Assembly: GCA_043228905.1 (NCBI GenBank)
Contig: JBHGNT010000001.1
Span: 6,262,001 to 6,326,000, forward strand
Source of the DNA: Azolla caroliniana
Lineage: Eukaryota; Plantae; Polypodiophyta
Length of the DNA stretch: 64,000 nucleotides
Direction: 5' to 3'
The position numbers and the translations under genes were made by a program. Within the stretch, counting starts at the first letter, position 1. Every line of letters begins with the position of its first letter. The notes under the pieces are model-generated. The model saw only the letters and a list, made by a program, of their open reading frames with translations. It was not told the DNA's origin and searched no databases. This document shows, piece by piece, positions 1 to 10,300 of the stretch.

Positions 1-214
1 GTTCCCCCTCATTGGTTAGCAGTACACGCTCTTCATCTGGAAATCTTCGGGGGGCCCTCCTTTCTCTTAGGGGGTATCTATGGCCTCCATTCGGCACAAT
101 AGGTTCTTCTTCCACTTCTTCGGCCAATTCGAATTTGGTTCCTTGTTCTATTGTTTCCCCTCTCTCTTCAGTTGGTTCTCGATTTTGCCGAGTATTAACT
201 CGGCCGACTGGCTG

Positions 215-2346
215 CTATTCGATTTCGATTGAATCGGCTTTTATTCGATTCGGCCGAGCGTCGACTTGATTCTCAATCTTCCAGTCAACTATTGTCTTTT
301 CCTCGATGACGACAATGTCACGGCTCCTAATCACTTTCTTCTTGACTAAGTCCCATAGCCGATAGCCAAATTCATCATTGTCGTAGCCGAGAAATATGCA
401 TGGCCGAGATTTCGGGTCCAACTTCCCCCTCTGGTTCTTTGCCACATGCACATAAGCAAGACAACCGAACACCCTCAAATGTCGGTACAATACGTCTTTG
501 CCACTCCACACCCTTTGTGGAATATCACTGTCCAAGGGTACGGAGGGTGATCGGTATATCACGTATGTTGCCATCATTAGCGTCTCAGCCCAGAACATCT
601 TCGGTAACTTAGCATGTGCAATCATACTTCGGACCCTTTCCATTACGGTCCGGTTTATTCCCTCGGCTAGCCCATTAAGCTCTGACATCTTCGGCACAGT
701 ATACTCGAGCCGGATTCCTTGATTTCAGCAATATTCCTCGAACAGTCCACAGTACTCTCCGCCATTGTCCGATCGGATTGCCTTCAGTTTTCGACTGGTT
801 TCTCTCTTGGCCATCGCTTAGAACTCTTTGAAGACGGATAACACTTGATCCTTCATCTTTAGCATGGAAGCCCACAACTTCCTGCTACAGTCATCAATGA
901 AGGTCACGAAATACTATGAACCACCATGCGACTTCGTGTCCACATAGCATACGTTCGTATGCACGAGTTCCAACGACATTTTCATCCTCATCAGGGGCCT
1001 AGTTTGGAAGGATGTTCGATTCTACTTACCGGCCAAGCAATCCGTGCACTTCTCAAGTTGCACGTTCTTTACCTCAGGAACGAGGTTGTCCTCACAAGCT
1101 TTCGCATCCCCTTCTGGCTCATATAGCACAACCTCCTATGCCACAGTTCACGGACTGTGTCGGCTGCCACGTTTGCCTCCCCTCGGCATATTTGAGCATT
1201 CATTATGTACAGTGTGTTGGTCTTTCAAGCTCGAGCCACGATCAGACTTCCTCGACAGAACTTCATGACACTATTTCGGATGCTACCTGTGTAGCTTTCA
1301 TCATCTAGCCAACCGGCTGATATTAGGTTCAATCGAACCTCCGGAACGTGTCATACATCTCTCAACACGAGTCTGCACCTGGTTGAGGTTTCCAAACACA
1401 CATCTCCAATGCCGACGATTCAACATGCACCTTCATTTCCCATCATTATGGATCCGAGATCTCCAGCTCTATAGGATGAGAAGTACTTTCGGTTAGGGGT
1501 TAGGTGGAATGACGCACCCGAATCGACCACCCATGTTGATTCTTCACAGGGGAGATTCACTTCGTTTTGCTCACTGATGAGCAACAACTCCTCCTCACTC
1601 GCGGCGATTGCTGAGGTGTTCTTTCTGTCCGGGATTTTGTTCGACTCTACACCATCAGCTCCCCCTTTCTCCTTTCGAAAGTGTCGGTAGTTTTTCTGGA
1701 AGGACCCCGGCTTCCCACAATAGAAGCACGTGGGTCTCCCCCTCGACTTCGACTTGGTCCCCAACTTATCTTGGTTCTGGGGACTTCGATTTCGGCCTTT
1801 TCCCCGAATCGTGTCACCGTTCGTGACTAAAGCCTTGTGGTCGGTATTGGAATCACGGTCGTTCCGCTGAGCTTCTTCATTCAGCAAGCTCGACTTCACC
1901 TGCTCTAGGCATAGATGCTTCCCTTCCGGCCCAACATTGCCCAAAGTGACAGCGAGCGTCTCCCAGCTGTCTTGAAGGGATCCCAACAACAATAACGTTA
2001 ATACCTCGTCGACTAGAGATACTTCTAAGGAGGTGGTTTGGTTCATCAATCCTTGGAAGGCATTGATGTGCTTCGCTATACTGGAGCCATCCTAATACCA
2101 GAGCCTCACGATTTTTCAAAATACTGAGACTCGGTTCATGTTCTTGTTTTCGAACATGACGTCGATCTTCTTCCATAGGACATATGCTTCTGTTTCGTCG
2201 CCGAAGTTGTTGTATAGACTCATGTCTATAAAACACCTTATGTATGCGACCGCCTTCAGATGCAACACTTCCCACGTCGCTGCATCGATCTTGTCTGGTC
2301 TTTTATCTCCGAACTGCATCGGCAGCCAGAGGTCTTCGATTTCCAC
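215..2346 (-). pseudogene. copia-1 gag-protease-integrase, broken by stops and frameshifts
   Basis: ORF fragments 2116..2346, 1420..2049 and 215..697 carry copia Gag, PR and INT motifs. Confidence 0.9.
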
Positions 2347-2400
2347 ACTGAGTAGTTGGAGTCGGTTAGCTTAAACATTGCACCGAACGAGTATTCCATA

Positions 2401-2412
2401 GCTCTAATACCA
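2401..2412 (-). promoter_or_regulatory. Primer-binding site (tRNA-iMet type) of copia-1
   Basis: Minus strand reads TGGTATTAGAGC, one mismatch to canonical TGGTATCAGAGC, 3 nt from the LTR end ...CCTAACA. Confidence 0.85.
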
Positions 2413-2415
2413 CTT

Positions 2416-2504
2416 TGTTAGGAATCGACTGGCCACAACCGGTTTCACGTTTGTATCCATGTGAAGAAATCAAGAACTAGGACACAGACAAGAAAAAAAT
2501 GTGA
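2416..2504 (-). repeat. copia-1 5' LTR, PBS-proximal part
   Basis: Starts TGTTAGGAA on the plus strand, ends in the LINE TSD AAGAAAAAAATGTGA and continues at 27675. Confidence 0.8.
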
Positions 2505-3970
2505 GGAAGTATTTTTGATAACATTTTTTTGTTTTGGGAAATGGTGGCTATTGCAGAGCAAAAAAAAGAAGATTTGGCTATTTTGTTTTTAGATTTCGAG
2601 AAGGCTTATGACAGAGTAGATTGGGATTTCATGGAAGGGACATTACAGCGAATGGGCTTTCCAATGCAACGGATTAGGGCTGTCGCAGCTTTGTGTAGGA
2701 CCGCTCATAGTTCTCTTTTGTTTGCAGGTGATGTTGGCTGTAGATTTTCAATTTCGAGATTAGTAAGATAAGGGTGTCCACTAGCTCCCTTTTTGTTTAT
2801 TTTAGTCTCTGAAGCTTTTTCTGATTACCTTAGGAGTAGGAATGTACATACTCATGGTATAGCCTTACCTATACAAGGATATGCAACCATGATTGTTGAT
2901 TCAGAATTTGCTAATGACACCGCTTTATATGTTTCTATAGATAAGGAGAATTTGTTGAATCTACAACAAGCAGTAACAGATTTTTGTGATGCTTCAGGAG
3001 CTTTGATTAATTGGGACAAGTCTATGGGATTTTGGGTCGCATCTTCCTCTCCTCCACAAGATGTGCCAACTCCAGGTTTTATTTGGGTGCCTCGAGGTAG
3101 AGCAGTAACGTATCTGGGTTGTCAAGTAGGGCTAGAATTGTCAACAGAAGATATGGTAACACCCCTTTTATTACGAGTTAGAAATAAATTGTTATATTGG
3201 GATACAACTAATTTGTCTTTTTACCTGGAAGGGTAGTTGTGGCAAACTCTGTTTTGCTCGCATCAATGTGGTATATTGTGTCAACGTGGTTATTTTCATA
3301 TTCCATTATATTGAAATTACAACGCTTAGTTCGTAATTTTATTTGGGGTGCTTCGTTGGGATCAAGGGCTGTTGCAAAAGTCACTTGGTTGGTTTTAATC
3401 CGGCCAATAAGTGAAGGTGGACTAGGCTTAATAGATCCTATGCTCTAGAGTAAGGCTCTTCTTGCGAAGCATGTTGTGAGAGGATTTATGCCTGGGGATG
3501 AGTTGTGGAAAAAGTTATGGTTGTTCCCTATTCGTAACATTAAGCCTACCTTAGGAGGACAATGGCAAGACAGTTGTAGATGGTTGTTTAATTCTGAATT
3601 TCCAATTAAGGCTCAAAATATTGGTTCTAGAAGATTTTTTCCAGGTATTTTGAAGTCATGGAAGGACATTAGAAAGGCTCTATTATTTCAACTGCCTTCA
3701 ACAGAAGCCCAATTTCTAAGACAACCATTGTTATGGAATACTTTGTTTACTGATAGCTTTGGTTGTGTTTTAGGTATTAGGCCACATTTATCGTGGGGGA
3801 AAATGGACTCGGGACCAGCTACAAGTGTGGCTAATTGGGACCGTTTTCAATTTCTCTCAAATGAGGACAAAAAACAATTCTTGTCTTCATTACGTGGGGA
3901 ATGTTTGATGTCCGTTTAGATTCAACAAGCTTTTCAGAATTGTCAAAGGGGAATTACCGTACATAATAAT
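2505..3970 (+). pseudogene. LINE ORF2, 5' part (reverse transcriptase), degenerate
   Basis: ORFs 2529..2771, 2793..3236, 3239..3448 (ANSVLLASMWY, EGGLGLIDP) and 3476..3919. Confidence 0.9.
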
Positions 3971-4331
3971 TGTTGAGAATCCAGCTCAACTTGGTCTAGT
4001 GTGTAAACTCACCTTGAGAGTGAAGAGACACTCCAACGGTCAAGAGTCACCATTATGTCACCACTTTGTATTCTAGCATTTAGTATGAGTCATAGAATCA
4101 TATTCTATGACACATAACTTATGAGCTTTCACATTCCCCATGCTCCATGAGGCTTGTAGTTAATGAAGAGAGAGGGTGACTACATAAAGCACCCTCCTCC
4201 CACCTTGTATAATGTACTTTTACCTTGCGTATTCTCTATGTTACACACACACACACACTCTCTCTCTCTTACACACACACATAACTCACATCTCTTCCGC
4301 TTCACAAGAATCCATCTCTTGATTCTTTACA
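3971..4331 (+). repeat. copia-2 5' LTR
   Basis: TGTTGAGAATC...TTCTTTACA; near-identical to 22594-22976 apart from an indel of about 24 bp and point changes. Confidence 0.95.
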
Positions 4332-4343
4332 TGGTATCAGAGC
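4332..4343 (+). promoter_or_regulatory. copia-2 PBS (tRNA-iMet)
   Basis: TGGTATCAGAGC immediately after the LTR. Confidence 0.95.
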
Positions 4344-4490
4344 AATTTGGTAGCTCGATCTAGCCCATTCGCCTCATCGTGATCGTGTGTTGTGCTCTAC
4401 GTTGACGACCAAGAACCGGCTCATAGCTATCATAGCTTCGCTACATAGCTCACATTCGAAGAGAGAAGAAGAAGAAGAAGAATCGACATA

Positions 4491-5566
4491 ATGAATACTC
4501 AAATGGGGAGCGCTCTCCCTACCGAGAAGTTGGATCGAAAATACTTCGCATCTTGGGAGTACAAGATGCACCAATACCTTGTCGGACAAGGCTATTGGAG
4601 CTACATCAAAGGAGCGCATGAAGACCGACCCGCCGAAGCGGCTCCCGAATACGCGACATGGGAGCAAGCCGTAAGCTGCGTGATGTATTGCTTGGCAACG
4701 TGTGTTCACGATCACATGCTCGGCTACATTCGCGAAGCCAACACGACTGCGAGGAAGCTTCAACTCCGCCAAGAGTTGAACAACATTCAACAAAGGGACA
4801 TGTCCATCACGACATACACCTTGAAGATCAAGGAGCTTTGCGACTCGCTCGGCTCAATAAGCGTAAGTATAGATGATGATGAGATGGTGCAAATATGCCT
4901 CGGTGGCCTTGCACCACGGTTCGGCGCGATGCAAACCATCGTTCTAGCACGGGAGAAATATCCCTCCTTCTTCGAGCTCCAATCAATGCTATTGGTTGAA
5001 GAAAACCATGTGCGTACAAGGAGCAATGAGTCGGAAGGCCGCATGCTCTACACACACTCTAATGGAGGAAGAGGACGCGGACGAGCGAGAGGCCGATTCG
5101 GCCAAGGACAAGGCGGACGAGGTCTGACCTATGACAACAACTCCCAATTTCAACCGCAAAACGGAGGCCAACGAGGAACCTTCGCAAGAAGGGGGAGCTT
5201 CCACTCCGGCCCAAGCCGTCAAAACGCAACCGAATGCGGATATTGCGGAAAGCTCGGCCACCACGAAGAAGAGTGTCGAAAGAAGATGCGTGAATCGGCT
5301 TCCACAAGCCGACAACTCACGAATTACGCGCACAATTCCGACTACAAAGAGTATAGCGGAATGTACTGGCATAACTCTGACTACGAAGATCATGGCGGAA
5401 TGTATGCACACAACTCCGACCGTGGCGGAATGTTAGGGGCACAATTCCGACTACGAAAATCGTGGCGGAATGTATGCGCACAACTCCAACCATGGCGGAA
5501 TGTTCATGATGAAACATAGAGCAAACTCTATGTCGGCCGCTACCTCAACTAGTGCCTCCGGTCCGG
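4491..5566 (+). pseudogene. copia-2 gag (zinc knuckle CGYCGKLGHHEEEC), interrupted by the gypsy insertion
   Basis: ORF 4491..5519 plus a frameshifted tail; rejoins the protease motif WFVDSGASNHM at 19093. Confidence 0.9.
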
Positions 5567-6624
5567 TGTCGTGAAGATTTTCGGCAATAGTGTGAAAATC
5601 CCATAAAACGTACGAAATCGAGTATAAATCACATAATACAATAATTGTGAAGATAACATTTTTAATATCTAAGTACAAAATGATGGAGGTTTCGAATGCA
5701 CTTTATTACACGAGAAATGGACAACTAAATGTCAAGATATGAGGGTATAAAGTTTGTGAAAAGAAAAGAGAAAATTGTGAGATATCCCACATAAGCACGA
5801 AAAATACGACTCTCATCATATATAAGGTGGAGCAAAAGATATTATCTTTGTGTTTATGTGTGGAGCATAGAGAGTTCAAGGTAACTTGAACTAAGAGTGG
5901 AGGTGGCTAGCTACTCGTAAAGGGTTTTGGCCAACCAAAACCGGACCGGCGATGGAGCCGGTGATCCGACGGCATCCGATCGCAATCCGGCGGCGGCATC
6001 CAGCGAGGCACCGGTATCCGGCGACAGTATCCGGCGATCCGGCGTCCGGCGACTAGATAAATAAATATATAAATATATGCCTCGATATCCGGCGAACCGG
6101 CGTCCGACGACTAGATAAATAAATATATAAATATATATACATATTTACATATACAAGGAGGGCAAGTATGGATTCGAACCTTGCACCTCCAAGTTAGGAG
6201 TCAATTGAGTTACCATTAAGCCATGCTATTTAGTTGAAATTATATTTCTATCATTGTACTTTTACATGTAAATTCTCATACATGAGAGCTAAAATGAGTG
6301 ACATGGTTAGCATGCACCACATGTAATACTTAAGCGCCAAATGGCAAACATGCAATTTATGCATGTCTTGTACCCTCACGTGCATCATATGCATGAGAGC
6401 ATCTATAAAAGAGGGAAGGGGGAGGAGAAAAAACACGGTTTTTTTTATGAAAATTAAGAGGAAGGAATTCGTTATCAAATCAATCGTTTAATCTCAACTT
6501 CTCTCTTTCCCAATCTATCTTAAGTACTTTCTCGCCAAAGCTTGTATCGACTCTAAATCCTTCTGGTCCAGAACCCCGGCGGTTCCGCCTCACGATCCGC
6601 GCGTAGTGACGGATCTTCACGACA
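5567..6624 (+). repeat. gypsy 5' LTR
   Basis: TGTCGTGAAG...CTTCACGACA; direct repeat of 18098-19088. Confidence 0.95.
6160..6230 (-). other. tRNA-like / Pol III A-box + B-box segment inside the gypsy LTR (second copy at about 18634-18692)
   Basis: Minus strand TGGCTTAATGG (6223-6213) and GGTTCGAATCC (6180-6170), 32 nt apart. Not a complete cloverleaf. Confidence 0.55.
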
Positions 6625-6632
6625 TAATTAAG

Positions 6633-6647
6633 TGGTGAACCCAACGT
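6633..6647 (+). promoter_or_regulatory. gypsy PBS (tRNA-Trp-like), left part; split by the nested element and completed at 12333-12335
   Basis: Reconstructed TGGTGAACCCAACGTGAA has one mismatch to the reverse complement of the plant tRNA-Trp(CCA) 3' end as I recall it (TTCACGTCGGGTTCACCA). Confidence 0.8.
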
Positions 6648-7328
6648 TGTCGCGTTGTTACGCGCGTGCGTGGAGAAGGGCGGAACCACGGGGGTCTTGG
6701 ACTAAGGAGAAGGGGAGAAGGAATAGAACTTCGGAATGGAGCTTAGCACAAGAAGAGAAAGAATGAACAAGAGGAAGATGGAGGCCAAATGCTCAACAAG
6801 ATATATTAGAACCGAAAACCGATTACAAAATGGCGGCCGCGTTGGCCGCACCAAACGACTATGATAAACCCGAAACCCTAATCCGACGAAGAAGGAAAGA
6901 AACCCTAACTAAGGAACCCTAAACGAAATGGTATACCTCACTCACACTCAAAAATAAGGCAACCCCCACAATGGTGCTCTTCCACTCCTTTTATAGCACA
7001 AGGAGAGAAGACCGTTTTCAAAAAGGGTGCTACAAAATATCCCCTTTCAATCAATGGGGATATTTCCCTTGATTTTAGGGGAGGTGGGAAGGATGGGTCT
7101 TAACTCCCACCTCTACACGAACTACCACGTACCTATCTCTCTCTCTCACGTGGATGTGCGCGCAAAAGCACATCACCTTTACACTTTACAAATCCTAAGG
7201 TGCATTTCTAGCACCATACTTATCACTATCGATAAATAGAAATACAACATGGTGATGTGCAACGTTGCACATCGCGGGTTTGCTTGCTTCGCTCGGTTTT
7301 CCGCCTATGGACGAAAATCTTCACGACA
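6648..7328 (-). repeat. Gag-only element 3' LTR
   Basis: Direct repeat of 11648-12328, preceded on the minus strand by PPT GGTGGGGGCGGA. Confidence 0.95.
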
Positions 7329-7339
7329 TCCGCCCCCAC

Positions 7340-10300
7340 CTAACCGCACATCCACCGGTATGTGCCAAAAGGGGAACAAAACGCGAGATTTTCGGCCAAG
7401 GCGGCCAACCGAGCCCTTGACAACCTCGTGGGCTTGCCCGGCTTCGTCTTCCACTTCGAGCAAGTCCACCCCGTCCACACGAACCACCGTCGCCTTCCGG
7501 CCCACCATCTCCGCCGAATGGTCTCGAACCGTCGGCTCCATCCGATCCGCCACACTCGACGATGCTCGCCGAGTCGTTGCCTCCACCTGATCCGCCACGT
7601 CCACCGTGTTTCCTCGAACCACCGACTACACTCGGACCGCCATATCCGATGCCCGCGCTTTCCTCCCCGTTCGGTCCTCCCGAACGCCGTTGCCGACCCT
7701 TTGTCCGCCTCGCATATCCTCCGGATCCGCCTTTTTCGTGCCGCGCACCTCGTCGTGCCGACTCTTCTCGCTCCGCGCTTGCCTTCCGTAGGATTTCCCC
7801 GTACGTCGGTGTCGTCCTCCGAATGCGTGCTCGTGCTTCGGTCCTTCGATGACCCCATCACGCATTTTTCGCCTTCCCCTTGCTTGCCGTGCTCTCTCGC
7901 CGTAGAGCATACCATCGTTCCCGTGCTCGTTGCTTGGCCCTCATGCGGCCGTATTGCACGTTTCGCATTCCGCTCCTCTTCGCGTACCCTTTCGGAAAGG
8001 TACCCTTCTTCCCCGACCTCCGTTTCGCTCGAAGGAACACCCTCTTGGCCCTCTTGGCCCGCTCGACCGCACACATCCTTCGTGATGTCGTGTTCGTTCC
8101 TTTGGGCGCATACATCTTCGTTCACCGCGACCTCCCGTATGCCTCTCTCGGTGCCTTCATCCGTTGTGGCCTTCGTCCCCTCGCCGCCACCGTCCGCCAC
8201 TCTTGGTCTCACGTCGGCACTCGCGCCGATCGCCGGAGTCTCTATAGCCGGTGTGGAGGATCCCTCTCGGGTCTTATCTTCGTGGCCGCCGGTCTTAGCC
8301 TCTCCGTAGGCCACCTCTTCCCACCAATCTTCCCTAGCATCGTGCCGGGTCTCGTCGTCGCCGCCTTCCTCCTCGTATTGGCCTCTCGAAGGCGTGATCC
8401 GACCGTCATCTTCGGTCGCTCGATGTGGCTCCTTCGTAGGCATGCTTGTGTCTTGGCCCTCCATCGGCCGTATTGCATGCATCTCGTCTCGCTCTTCCGC
8501 CGTAGACCCGACCTCCGTGTCGGTCTTCTCCTCCTTTGTCGCCGTAGCCCGTTCCGACACGGGCTCGCCGTCTTGGACCCACCCGTCCACCATCTCGTAC
8601 CGGATATCCGTTCCGGTAACCTCGTACGCTCCGGCCTCCGACTCCTCGCCGCCACCCGCCGTCTCTCCGGTCTTATGTTGATCCGCAACCGCCGTAGTCT
8701 CTAGAGTGGGTATGGAGGGCCTCGTTTGTTTCCGTTTTTCCCCCGAACCATGGTCGTCGTGCCCGGTTAGCCTCCATCTCGCGCTTACCGGCTCCCATCG
8801 TAAACGTAACCGTAACCGTAACCGTAACCGGCCAATCGGTCTTGCCGGCTTCCTTCGGTTTGGGCCCGGTTCGCCGGCCCTTACTCTCTTCTTCTTCCGT
8901 GCCGTATTCCGGTCGGGTCGGTTCCCGACTCTCTCCTCGTTTCCGCTCCGGTCCTCTCCGTCGGACCCACCGTATACGCCCATTCCGGGCCCCGCATACT
9001 CGTCTTCGTATGCGCTCTCTCCGGGCCTCACCTCCTCACGGTCACCGCCCATCTCTCCGGTCTCACGTTGGCATTCGAGCACAACCGCCGAAGTCTCCGG
9101 CCCCAGCGTCAAGGGGTCTTGCCTCCGTCCGCTCCAATCTTCCTTCTCGATTCCGTTGCCCGCCTTGCCGCCGTCACCTCCCGTCGCACTAAGCCTCATG
9201 CCGGCACTTGGGCCGGCCATTGGAGCCTCTAGGATTGGTGTGGGTAAGGACCCGGCACCGCCGCTTGTTGTCTCCGTAGCCGCTTTCGTTCGGACGTCGT
9301 TGTCCGCGGCTCCCCCATCTCCGATTCCGTAAGCCTCTAGTATGCTTGCCACCACCTCTTCTTCGCCGTTCTCCGCATCATTTTGTTTGCCCGCCTTGCC
9401 GCCGCCACCGCCCGTCGTTCTAGGTCTCGTGCCGGCACTCGGGCCGACCGCCGAAGCCTCTAGGGCCGGTGTGTGGAAGGTCGCGGCACCACCGCTCGCC
9501 TCCTCTCCGCTCGATGTTTTGGGCCGCCGTGCCCCGAATTTTCCGCCCACTTTCGAAGTGGCGCTCTCCGCTTTGTAGTCACCGGCCTCATCCTTGGCCG
9601 TCCATTCGCCGCAAGACGAGAGGGTTGCTCGCTCCGCACCCTCTCCCATGTCGTCGTCGTTTCGGTTGCCCGCCTTGCCGCCGCCACCGTCCGTCACTCT
9701 AGGCCTCTCGCCGGCTCTCGGGCCGGGTGCCGGAGTCTCTAGGACCGGTGTGTGGAAGGTCGCGACACCACCACTCCTCTCGTCCGTAGCCACCTCCATT
9801 CGGACATCGTCGTCCGTGGCTACCCCGTCTTCGGTTTCGCAAGCATCGAGTATGCTTGCCGCCGCCTCTTTTTCGCCAGTCTCGTCCTTATCTCGGTTGT
9901 CCGCCTTGCCGCCGCCACCGTCCGTAGCTCCAGGTCTCGTGCCGGCACTCGGGCCGACCGCCGAAGCCTCTAGGGCCGGTGTGTGGAAGCTCGCGACACC
10001 GACGCTCGTCTCCTCTTCCTCCTCCATTTCGCAAGCCTCGAGTATGCTCGCGAAATCCTCGTAGAACGTTTCGGGCAACCGCGTCCCGAAACTTCCGCCC
10101 ACTCTCGAAGTGGCGTCCATCGCTCCGTAGATATCGGCCTCGTCCATGGCCGTTCTTTTTCCCCGAGATGAGACGGTCGCTTGCTCCGCACCTTCTCTCG
10201 TGTCGACGCCGTGGTCGCCCGCCTTGCCACAGCCACCGCCTTTCACCATAGGTCTTACGCGGGCACTCGGGCCGGCCGCCGTGATCTCCAGGAATGACGC

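Noticed and set aside
6160-6230. Functional tRNA gene
   Set aside because: Acceptor, anticodon and T stems do not pair properly; kept only as tRNA-like.
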